DNA from: a virus
Virus record (IMG/VR): IMGVR_UViG_3300032093_000074
Coordinates: 1 to 64,000 of that record
Strand: one strand, 5' to 3'
DNA: 64,000 nt
Made by a program: the position numbers and the translations under genes. Of this stretch, positions 17,879-27,400 are shown piece after piece. Numbering within the stretch: position 1 is the stretch's first letter; each line of letters begins with the position of its first letter. Under the pieces are notes generated by a model. The model was not told the DNA's origin. It searched no databases and saw only the letters and a list, made by a program, of their open reading frames with translations.

Positions 17879-18502
17879 CTAGCGCTTCGGTTGACGCTGG
17901 GGCATCAGAACCCCTACGAACCGGTGCGGACCTTGCACCGACTCAACCCGTGTCGGTTTCGTATCGTGAACCGCCACCATCACCGCCCCGTCGGTTTTGC
18001 CGGCGAAAACCTGGGCAGACTTGAAAAGGTCCGCCATGTGGCCCCCGTTAAAACATGCGGGGAGTGTCGGCGGGTTGTCTGCCATTGCAAGAATCGAAGC
18101 GCAGTTAGGCGACTCACCCCACAAAAGCGGGAGAGTGCAGGACGCTTTGAAAGTGGAAAGAGCCACGAACCCTTCCGATTCATCCACCGCAAAACCTACC
18201 GGCGTGTCACGCTTTTCCGGATTCTTTAAAGCAGCTTTCACGAAGGCGCTCAGAGTCTTCACCGCATCGGCGGGCAAAACCATAGAACCGTTACGGTTCA
18301 TAAAAGCATCGTGCGCCGATGTCTCTAGTTCTACTGAATGCAGACGGTACGAATCGGTAGCCCACACTCTCGCCGTCTCTGCTGGATGCATCTCAAAGTG
18401 AAGCGCATTCAACATGGGCCGATTCTTTTCCGAAGACATGGCAGGCGTGACCGCTCCCAAAATGTCGGACAGTAGCCCCGCCCGAAAATCGATAACCAAC
18501 AT
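17879..18502 (-). CDS. Truncated (two-domain) DNA polymerase III beta-clamp-like protein
   Basis: RPMLNALHFE, WATDSYRL, PNCASIL, CFNGGHMADL, VGVLMPQR match DnaN domain II-III motifs; AAAGGGG RBS. Confidence 0.8.
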   Translation of the reverse strand: MLVIDFRAGLLSDILGAVTPAMSSEKNRPMLNALHFEMHPAETARVWATDSYRLHSVELETSAHDAFMNRNGSMVLPADAVKTLSAFVKAALKNPEKRDTPVGFAVDESEGFVALSTFKASCTLPLLWGESPNCASILAMADNPPTLPACFNGGHMADLFKSAQVFAGKTDGAVMVAVHDTKPTRVESVQGPHRFVGVLMPQRQPKR

Positions 18503-18542
18503 TGTTAACCCCTTTACTTTCATGTAGTGCCCACGGTGGGCA

Positions 18543-18586
18543 CCGTCCCTGTCCCGAATCGAATCGGCACGCCCAAGGCGACAGGG
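18543..18586 (-). ncRNA. Mini-tRNA-like element 3 (degenerate T-arm)
   Basis: CCCTGTC GCC-TTG-GGC GTG CCGA-TTCGAT-TCGG GACAGGG ACGG; 7-bp acceptor of different sequence but fully paired. Confidence 0.7.
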
Positions 18587-18724
18587 GGAGCGGGTCTGTT
18601 ATTCGGCAGTGAACCCTACCGAATCCCCACACGATGCGCACACGGTAGCGGGTGCATCACCGTGACACCCATCCCATCCACCGTAAATGGCTCCTGTATC
18701 GGCCACTCATTGCCGACACCCCCA

Positions 18725-18753
18725 ACAATACCGAATAGTCGGACTATTGACAA
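18725..18753 (-). promoter_or_regulatory. Early promoter with palindromic operator in the spacer
   Basis: TTGTCA-17 nt-TATTGT on minus strand; AATAGTC-G-GACTATT palindrome at 18734-18748. Confidence 0.7.
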
Positions 18754-19254
18754 GGGGGAAATAGCAAATATTCCCCACCCCAAAAACCAGGATTTTGCCC
18801 CCCAAGATTCGAACCCCCCACCCTCCCGCACCCCCACCTGCCTGCCTTCCCACCTTGTAGGCGCACCTTCCCGAAACATACGCACCCCCTCCGCCGGTAC
18901 CTTTCTGATTGTTGCCGTCCCCGTGTCCCCCGCTACCTGTGCCCGCCTGCCTTTTGTTTCGGACCCGCCCTGCCTGTCCCCGTTGCCTGTCTGCCGGAGC
19001 GCTCGGGCTGCACACGCAACCGGCCAAGTGCCGAGGCACCCCCCTGCCAATATACTTATTATCGGTTCTGTATGTGTTCACACTAGGTTTGGTATCAACG
19101 AAGTTGATACCCTGGGGGGTTTGTGGTTGGTTTTGTGGTGTTGTATTGCTTGGTCGAGTTTGTATTAGTGGGTTTTGTATTAGCTTGCGGGCGTGACGGC
19201 TGTCACGTGGTTGGGTGGCCGGGGTGTCGAACATGCGGCTTATTGGCAGAAAAA

Positions 19255-19745
19255 GAAAAAGTTGCCAAAAAGAAAAAGGTTGTATCCGACCCGGCGTTGT
19301 CGGCCAGCCTGCTTTGTTGCATCCTGGTAGCAACCGAGCTTGCGAGGGCGGTAGCCAGCGGCATTCATGCTGTTCGGCTTGCGTCTTGCCCGCTGGAACA
19401 GCAGACAGGCTTCTGCTCCCCCCACGCTTCGACACTCTTTTGAGAGCATCCGGTGGCCGTTAGCTATCTTCAAGCCGACACCGTACAAATCCTTTTTCTC
19501 CCCCTCGACGTATCTGTTGCGCTACCGTTCTATGTCTCGGTACTAGGTTCTTCAACAGGCGTTTTTTGCATGGGAGGGCGGTCCCCGTTTCCGGCCATAT
19601 ACACCCTTCCCACCTCCATGCTCTGCGATGGGGTCCGGGTCATGCTTGCCCTGTCGCTTCCCAGCGAGGGGGACTTACTCGATTAGATGACCGACACTTG
19701 AGACGTAAGCCAGATGGCTGTCACAGAGGTGCCGGTCGTACCGAC
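19255..19745 (-). ncRNA. Candidate ~490-nt structured non-coding RNA
   Basis: TGC-TACTAT extended -10 at 19758-19750; GNRA-capped hairpins; 9-bp long-range helix; ends at hairpin plus U-rich tracts; no convincing ORF. Confidence 0.45.
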
Positions 19746-19786
19746 ATTGATAGTAGCAGAACCGTATGGTATGTTGTCAACTACAC

Positions 19787-21763
19787 ATGGGGACTAGACG
19801 GATAGTTTCAGACGCAGACAAAGCCCGCTACTGGGCTGCACGACAGTCCGGCATGTCACAGAAAGATGCCTCCAGAATCGCAGGCATCCACTTCAACACC
19901 GCCTCCAACTGGGAAAAGAAACGCTCCGAAACAAAAGCAGCTCTAGAACTAGCACAAGTTGAAGGGAAACAACACCGCAAAAATCAGGGTGGGAACCAAA
20001 ACGATTCAATGAAACTGTTGGCAGACTCACTCGAACTGCCCCCAGCTATACCCCACGACCGGCTCTGCCCCGAAGCAAAACGAGGGTTGGAGGACTTCGA
20101 CTTTTTCAGAACCTACTATTTGGGGCGTGTCCCATCCCCTTGGCAGGTTGAAGCCGCATACAAGATTGTTCAATATCTAGAATCCCCTGAGAAAGAGTTT
20201 TTGGTGCTGAACGTCGCACCAGGCGCAGGCAAATCCACCCTATTCCACGATGTTGCTGTGTGGTGCATCGTCCGAAACCGTGCGATTCGAGTCCTCTACG
20301 GCTCTATCTCCCAAAACCTTGCGAAAATGTATTCAAGACGTATCCGAGACACGTTGGAACGCCCAACAGCTTTGGAACCCGACCCCGAACTGGTGAAGAA
20401 GGGGCTGGCAGTCAACGCTAAAGGCTGCCTATCTCTTGACTATGGCAGGTTCAAACCGGCATCGACAGGTGCTTTGTGGAGGGCAGATGAGTTCATTGTG
20501 GAACAGGACATTGTGGGCAACCTTGACAACAAGGAACCGACAGTCCGAGCGTACGGTATTGACGCCGAGTTCATCGGTCACCGAGCAGATTTGTGTCTTT
20601 TCGATGACGTTGCCTCTACAGAGAACGCCCGAGAATCAACTGCCCGAGACAAACTGTTGGAACGTTGGGATTCGATGGCGGAAGCCCGAGTTGACCCAGG
20701 CGGTCTGCTTGCCGTCATCGGACAGCGGTTGGGGCCGGGCGACCTGTACGCACATTGCCTATCTAAAGTCACATATGATGACGACGACTACGAATATGAT
20801 GGTTCAGACGTAGAAAACCCGGAGGATATCCGTGCGGAACCCACTAAAAGGTCCAAATATCATCACATCATCTATCAGGCGTATTACCCCGAGCTTGATA
20901 CGGGCAAAGAATCTCGTAGTGTTTCTGCCCTACCGTTTCCGAAAGGACCCCTTCTAGACCCTGTACGTCTTTCTTGGAAAGATTTGTCGTACATCAAATA
21001 CTCTAACCCCACCACTTTCAGGGTTGTGTACCAGCAGGAGGATGCGGCTGACGAATCCTATTTGGTGACACGCACCATGCTGACCGGTGGGATGGGCGAC
21101 GACGGGGTTCTCTACCAGGGCTGTATCGACAATGACCGGATGCCGGGGCAAATACCGTACGGGTTGGCCCCCCCGATTATTTCTATTGTCTCAGTAGACC
21201 CGTCACCCACCCAGTTTTGGGCTTTGACATGGATGCTGTACCAGCCTGACACCAACCTGTACCACATCATCGACGTTGAACGAACCAAACTGACTGCTGA
21301 AGGATTGTTGGGGTTCAACACAACCACCGGTGTGTATAGCGGGATGATGGAGGAATGGCAGAACCGGTCATGGTCTTTGGGGTATCCGATATCGCATTGG
21401 GTGGTGGAAATCAACGCCGCCCAGCGGTTCCTGCTCGCCCACGACTTCATCCGCAAATGGCAGTCTTTGCATGGGGTGAACGTGGTCCCGCACACCACTT
21501 CTAGAAACAAGCTTGACGAAAACCTAGGTGTGGAGGCTCTGCTCCCCCCGTTGGTGCGTACCGGCGCTATGCGGTTCCCGTCGATGCGGGGCAACTGGAA
21601 GACGATGGCTGCGGTTGACGAACTATGCAAGTGGACCCGTGACAAAAAGAACGGCACCGACATTGTGATGAGTCTTTGGATGGGTGTACTCAACCTGCCG
21701 AACCTGACCCAAACGAAGGCTCCGCCCCGTCTGTGGCGTCCGTCGTGGATGCTTGAACGCTGA
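19787..21763 (+). CDS. terL: Terminase large subunit with N-terminal HTH
   Basis: GMSQKDASRIAGIHFNTASNWE HTH; APGAGKST Walker A; LCLFDDV Walker B; SVDPSP and DIVMSLW nuclease motifs. Confidence 0.9.
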   Translation: MGTRRIVSDADKARYWAARQSGMSQKDASRIAGIHFNTASNWEKKRSETKAALELAQVEGKQHRKNQGGNQNDSMKLLADSLELPPAIPHDRLCPEAKRGLEDFDFFRTYYLGRVPSPWQVEAAYKIVQYLESPEKEFLVLNVAPGAGKSTLFHDVAVWCIVRNRAIRVLYGSISQNLAKMYSRRIRDTLERPTALEPDPELVKKGLAVNAKGCLSLDYGRFKPASTGALWRADEFIVEQDIVGNLDNKEPTVRAYGIDAEFIGHRADLCLFDDVASTENARESTARDKLLERWDSMAEARVDPGGLLAVIGQRLGPGDLYAHCLSKVTYDDDDYEYDGSDVENPEDIRAEPTKRSKYHHIIYQAYYPELDTGKESRSVSALPFPKGPLLDPVRLSWKDLSYIKYSNPTTFRVVYQQEDAADESYLVTRTMLTGGMGDDGVLYQGCIDNDRMPGQIPYGLAPPIISIVSVDPSPTQFWALTWMLYQPDTNLYHIIDVERTKLTAEGLLGFNTTTGVYSGMMEEWQNRSWSLGYPISHWVVEINAAQRFLLAHDFIRKWQSLHGVNVVPHTTSRNKLDENLGVEALLPPLVRTGAMRFPSMRGNWKTMAAVDELCKWTRDKKNGTDIVMSLWMGVLNLPNLTQTKAPPRLWRPSWMLER

Positions 21764-21804
21764 TTGTGTTACATTAAACAGCGAACCCGTCTCTAAGGAG
21801 TGTC

Positions 21805-22203
21805 ATGGCCGCTAAAAAGATGCCCGCAAAAAAGGTTGCAGCAAAAAAGTCTGCTGGACCGGTGAATCCGATTATTTCGGAAATCAAGAAAGCCATTGAA
21901 AAGGAAGGCGGTTTCCCCCGCTCTAAAGGCAAGAGCCGCAAAGAATATGTGCAGTCTGTCCAGGACGAAGGTTACGCTGGCGAAGTGAAGGTTGGGAACA
22001 AGTATTTTTCTGGTACTTCCAACCTTGTGCAACTTGCATACAAAGAGGTTGCAGGCAAGAAGTGGGACAGCATGAACAACTACTACAAAGCCACCGGCAC
22101 GAAGCCTAAGAAGATGTCTGCTGAACAAAACAAGCAGTTCCAAGCTGAACGTGCATACACCGGCAAGTCGGGTTCGGCAACAAAGAAGAAGCCTAAGAAG
22201 TAG
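21805..22203 (+). CDS. Lys-rich hypothetical protein
   Basis: AAGGAG RBS; AAKK repeats. Confidence 0.7.
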   Translation: MAAKKMPAKKVAAKKSAGPVNPIISEIKKAIEKEGGFPRSKGKSRKEYVQSVQDEGYAGEVKVGNKYFSGTSNLVQLAYKEVAGKKWDSMNNYYKATGTKPKKMSAEQNKQFQAERAYTGKSGSATKKKPKK

Positions 22204-22206
22204 TTG

Positions 22207-24036
22207 ATGCGCACAGTTGAAGAAATCCTTGCCATCTACCGTGAACGGTTCGATGCCCAAGGACCCATCTTGCAGCAGATGCGGGAGGTACGCACCCTCG
22301 CCAACGGCGATATTGTTGTACCGCTCAACGAACTGGACCGGTCTGCACGTTCATCTGTAGCCAACCTTTTGGTTCAAGGGTTGGACCAGATGAGTATGCG
22401 TGTCGCCTCCACCATGCCGGTCCCATATTTCCCTGCTATGCGGGAAGGCAACGACCGGAGCATGAAACTTGCCCGTGAACGCAAGAAAGCAATGCTGTCT
22501 ATTTGGGACCAAAACAGGTTGTCGCAAAAAATGCGCCGCCGTGCCCGCCACCTGCTCGCATATTCTTCAGCGCCAGTTTTCATCAAACCCAACTTTGATA
22601 AGCGTCTCCCCGAATGGCATCTCCGCAACCCGCTCGACACGTTCGCAGCACCACAAGTAGACCTAGACAACCCTGTCCCCGACGACGTTATCTTCACCTA
22701 CAACCGCACCTACAAGTGGCTGATGAGCAACTACGGCTCCGTACTGAACGGTGTTCTGCGTGTCGGTGAACCCCGCCCCGACGACATGTTCACGATTCTT
22801 GAATATGTTTGCGCCAACGAGATTGTCACCGCCGTTGTTGGCACCGACAAAGACCGCAACCAGGTCACCGGCCAAAACTATGCTGGTGCAAAAATCGTTG
22901 AGATAGAACGAATCCCGAACCGCACCGGTATGCCTCTAGTGGTTGTACCGCAACGCATCACGCTCGACCGCCCACACGGACAGTTTGATGGTCTGCTCGG
23001 CATGTACTACACCCGTGCAAGGTTGCAGGCACTTACCGAAATCGCTATCGAACGGGGCATCTTCCCCGACGAATATCTTATCGCCCGCCCAGGTGAGAAC
23101 CCTGAAGTGATTCAGATTGCCGACGGCAAAACCGGACAGTTGGGTGTGGTCAAGGGTGGCGACATTCAGCAGTTGCAACAGAACCCAGGGTATAAGACAG
23201 ATGTTGCGTTGGACCGTTTGGAACGTCAGGAACGTCTAGAGGGTGCTATCCCGGCAGAGTTCGGTGGCGAATCCGGTTCAAATATTCGTACAGGTCGCCG
23301 CGGCGACTCCATCCTGTCCGCAACCGTAGATTTCCGTGTACAAGAATCCCAAGAAATTTTCGCAGCAGCACTCATTGAAGAAGACAAGATTGCTATTGCG
23401 CTCGAAAAAACGTATTGGGGTAACAACGCCAAATCGTTCTTTATCCCCGGTATGGGCGGTGGCGTGAAAGACTACACACCTAACAAACTGTGGGAAACCG
23501 ATTTCCACTATGTCGCATATTCGGCGGCAGGTTCCGATGTGAACAGTCTTATTGTTGGACTCGGCCAGCGTCTCGGCACCGGCCTCATGTCTAAAGAATC
23601 TGCCCGTGAAGCCGACCCGCTCATCTCCGACCCCGAGTTGGAACGTGACCGCATCGTCGCTGAAGGAATCGAATCGGCGCTTCTCGCATCCATCCAATCA
23701 CAGGCTGCTGACCCGAACGGGCCGTACCAGCCGGAAGATTTGGCATACATCGCCATGCTGGTGCAAACCAACAAGATGTCGTTGCCTGAAGCGATTCAGG
23801 ACGCTCAACGCCGTGCGCAGGAACGTCAAGCTGCGGAAGCCCCGCAGGGCGCACCCGAAACGATGCCAGGTTTGTCACCGGCAGGTATGGGCATGGAGCA
23901 ACCTGTTGCACAGGCCGGTCCGCCCGACATCCAAGGTTTGTTGGCAAGTTTGCAAGGCGGTGGTGGCGCTGGTGCTGCCGCACCCCCAGGAACACCGGGT
24001 TCTGTTCTCAGTCTCGCAGGGAGGCTAGGTGGCTAA
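22207..24036 (+). CDS. Portal protein
   Basis: Size (~610 aa), position after terminase, helical, Q/P/G-rich tail. Confidence 0.8.
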   Translation: MRTVEEILAIYRERFDAQGPILQQMREVRTLANGDIVVPLNELDRSARSSVANLLVQGLDQMSMRVASTMPVPYFPAMREGNDRSMKLARERKKAMLSIWDQNRLSQKMRRRARHLLAYSSAPVFIKPNFDKRLPEWHLRNPLDTFAAPQVDLDNPVPDDVIFTYNRTYKWLMSNYGSVLNGVLRVGEPRPDDMFTILEYVCANEIVTAVVGTDKDRNQVTGQNYAGAKIVEIERIPNRTGMPLVVVPQRITLDRPHGQFDGLLGMYYTRARLQALTEIAIERGIFPDEYLIARPGENPEVIQIADGKTGQLGVVKGGDIQQLQQNPGYKTDVALDRLERQERLEGAIPAEFGGESGSNIRTGRRGDSILSATVDFRVQESQEIFAAALIEEDKIAIALEKTYWGNNAKSFFIPGMGGGVKDYTPNKLWETDFHYVAYSAAGSDVNSLIVGLGQRLGTGLMSKESAREADPLISDPELERDRIVAEGIESALLASIQSQAADPNGPYQPEDLAYIAMLVQTNKMSLPEAIQDAQRRAQERQAAEAPQGAPETMPGLSPAGMGMEQPVAQAGPPDIQGLLASLQGGGGAGAAAPPGTPGSVLSLAGRLGG

Positions 24037-24418
24037 GCAATATTCGAACCGCACCGATTTGCGTGACCCAACCCGCAAAGTTGCAAAAATGGCTGCACCC
24101 AACCAAACGTATGGTGAAGCCGGTAAACAGATGGCTGGGCAACGTGCCGTCCCTGTCGCCCCCCAGCCAACTACTGTCGCCCCGACACGCCCTGCACCGG
24201 CACCAGGTTCAATGGGTGCGTTTGACCGCCCCACCGAGTTCCCTGATGAACCGTTGACAGCAGGCGTAGATTTTGGCGCAGGTATGGGTTCCCGTGCCGC
24301 AGGAATCAAACCGACAATGCAGTTGGGCGACCCCGTGTTGCAAGAACTGCTCGCCCTCTACCGTTCGTACCCTAACGACGATTTGGCAAACCTTATTTCT
24401 GCGATGGTTGAAAGGTAA
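24029..24418 (+). CDS. Hypothetical virion-associated protein (PT..PDEPLTAG motif)
   Basis: Coupled ORF after portal. Confidence 0.7.
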   Translation: MAKQYSNRTDLRDPTRKVAKMAAPNQTYGEAGKQMAGQRAVPVAPQPTTVAPTRPAPAPGSMGAFDRPTEFPDEPLTAGVDFGAGMGSRAAGIKPTMQLGDPVLQELLALYRSYPNDDLANLISAMVER

Positions 24419-24421
24419 CCC

Positions 24422-27400
24422 GTGGCGTTTCGCATAGCCCCAGACGAGGAAGAAGCAATCCTTCGGGGGATGAGAAGGGAAGCGGAATCCAAAAACCAAA
24501 TCCGCACCAATATCCGCCCCGAAACTTCAGACAAAATCTCTGAACTTCACAAGAAATATCCGTGGCTTTCCCCCGGTGTTTTGCTTGCCGCATCTAAAGG
24601 CAATGTGTCGCAAGAACTTTTGGATGCGATGTCTGCCTCTATCGCTACGATGGCGAACGAGGACCCCGATAAGGCGAACGGTAAAGATAAAGGCAACTGG
24701 TTTAGTAGTGCTGTGAAAGGTGCGACACGTTTGACGTTCGCAGCTTTTGACACATCTAAAGAACTGTTTCAAAACATTGTTGCCAAAACCCCTATCCCTG
24801 TCGCAACAGAATATGTTGGGGCGAAAGTCCAGCAGGCAACCGGTCAAACTGAGGCAGGTTACGGCGGTCCGAAAGCTTCCGATATTGCGATAGTGAACGA
24901 TGCCGCTTCACGGCAAGGCGAAGGCGGTTTCGGAGAGTTCATCGGCTCAACCACTTTGGCGTCTCTTGCCCGCAACTGGGAGAATCAAGGTAGCGGATAT
25001 TTTGTGTCCGAAAACATTGTGCAGGAACAGCGGGAACGTGCCAAAAAGTTTCGTGGCACAACCCAAGGAGGCCACGCATGGACCCCTGGCCGCGGGTTCG
25101 CTGGCATGGTTTTCAACGAGGACAGTTACGCATACAACCTGATGTCAGGTTTCGTTGACGGGGCTGTCGCAGTCAAAATCCCTGTCGCCCCAGGTGTCGC
25201 TTTCGGGTTGACGAAAGTCAGCGAACTCGCCGCAGCTGACGACGCCGGAGATGTTTTGAGGCAGGCTGGCCGTGTCGCAGACACTCTGCAAGGCCGTGGG
25301 CAGGTCATCAAAATATCGGACATGACTGGCGAAGAACTGCGTGAGGCTCGACGCTTGGCAGGTTTGGTTGGCGACACGGTAGATGTTGAACAAGCCAACG
25401 CTTTCCTCGGCACCCGTGCCGGTCGCCGTCTTGTTGAACGTCTTGTAGACGCAAACACCACAGACGACGTTCGACGGCTTTTGGGACGCAACCTGTATGC
25501 AGACACGGTAAAACAGTTGCGTGACGCCAAAAACGAGTTTGAGGTGCAAGCAGTTTTGGCCGACGTTTTGGGCAAACCGCAGGCAGGTTTGGCAAGCACT
25601 AAAGGCGTTAAAGGTGTCAAAAAGGTTGCTTTATCTAACGCCCGCAGGTTGAAGATGATGGAGTCTTTAGACACTCAGGTCGGGTTGAAAATCAAACGTG
25701 GACTCGGCTACAAACCTGGGCGCATGTTTGACATGTCTTCCACCAACCCTGCCGACGTTCGACGCACTTTGAACCAAATAGATGACTGGGCTAAAACCAC
25801 GTTAATGGACGAGGAAACCCGTCGCACGTTGCTAGACAAGGCTGTTGATGCGATGGTTGGGGACACCGCTACCCCCACCGCCCGTAAAGCGTTCAAAGAA
25901 GAATTTGAGCAAATCGCTGTTGATTCTTTGGTGAAAAATAGCAATGTTGACAAAAATGTTGCTGCTGTTGTTTTGCTGACTATGCCCACAAGAATGAAAA
26001 AGGTCACCAAATGGGCGCTCGGCCCTGACGGTGTGCCGGACGACGCAGGGTTTCTTAAGAATGCGACACGGGTAGGCGACGACGTTGTTGACGACGCATC
26101 TTTCGGTGGGGCGATGCTGAGTTCTGAACTCGCAGATGTCATTGTAGAGATGCCGGACCCACGGCAGGTTCGAGCAATCAGTAACCGCTTCAACAAGATT
26201 TGGCGGTACAAGCCAAAAGATGTTGGCCCGTTGAAGGACGCAAACCTTGAAAGACTTGCGAAGGCTGGCACGTTGCGTCCCCCGTTTTCAGCGGTGATGT
26301 GGGCGCAAGACAAACTGTTCCGCCGACTCATCTTGATGACCGGTGGCTATTCGGTGCGCAACCTTACCGAAGCCCAACTCCGCATCGCTTTGTCTTACCG
26401 AAACGTGGAAGGCGTTTTTGACCACCCCGCATCATGGCTTGGCTGGGCCACCCACAAAAAGGGCGCTTTCGACATCACCGGCGAAGCGTTTGACTACAAC
26501 ACTCTTACCGACAATATGCGCACATTCCGTGAAGCGGTGCAGGCAGAAAACTTCACAGACTTCGGTGACCCCACTATCGCTTACCGTCGAGGAAAAAGAA
26601 TCGGCTACTTTGACGAGGTTGACCGCACCGACCCCCAGCAGTTCGACTTGGTTGTTGAGGCGCACGGTGACCAAATCGGGTTGCTTAACGCCGACCCTGT
26701 AGCCCGCCGTGTTGCTGGCGGGGCAACAGACGAAGAAATCCTTGTGTTTCTGCGCACCGACCCTGAAGGTAAGGCTTGGTTCCGTAACCAGCAGGACTAT
26801 CACATTAACGGTCGTCCAACATTTGAAAAGACAACCCGTGGCTACAAGCATGTCGGCAACCAGCAAGTTGACCTGAATGTTGAAGAAAACCTTTTGCTTC
26901 ACATCAAAGAGATTCGCACCCGAATCGAATACCAAACTGGTGGCGATACCCGCCTAAAGAACGTCATCGCCCAAGGCCAGTTGCCTGTTGAAACGGTTGT
27001 TATCGCTAACCAAACTGTTGCTGGGCGACCTCTCGGTGCGCTTATCAACAAAAACGATGAGGGCCAAGCCCTCATGCTGGAATACAAGGTCCCTGGAAGC
27101 AACCGTCCAGGCACCCGACAGGTTCGAGTTCAGTCGGTGGACGAAGCAACCGGCGAAGCGGTTGTAGTCCCATTCGCTTTTGAAAGAGGCGAAGCAAGCC
27201 TTGACCTTCGCAAACTGCTGGAAGCAGACGACGTTTACTACAACCCGAAACTCACAGAAATCCTGCCACATGAGATTCGAGTTGATTCTTTGAAGGAACG
27301 CCCGTGGGACGCTGGGTGGGACGATATGACCGACAGAGCGTTCGCTTTCCTTTACGGCAAACCTTCCCGCTACTTGGACCGGTCACCGCTGTTCCGCCAG

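Noticed and set aside
17096-18544. N4-type single-stranded DNA hairpin promoters (CAC-C-GTG palindromes)
   Set aside because: The loops do not match the N4 GNA type, G-U pairs indicate RNA-level folding, and no virion RNA polymerase motifs were recognised.
17119-18586. True tRNA genes or attP/att remnants
   Set aside because: There is no anticodon arm and no CCA. Each element has its own paired 5' acceptor strand only ~45-50 nt away, and no integrase is present in phage A.
19400-19680. Phage-encoded RNase P RNA (GAGUAAGUCC and GCAACAGA resemble conserved regions)
   Set aside because: I could not form the P4 pseudoknot, and there is no ACAGAA-CCCGGCUUA-type 3' region or P12; the resemblance is limited to short words.
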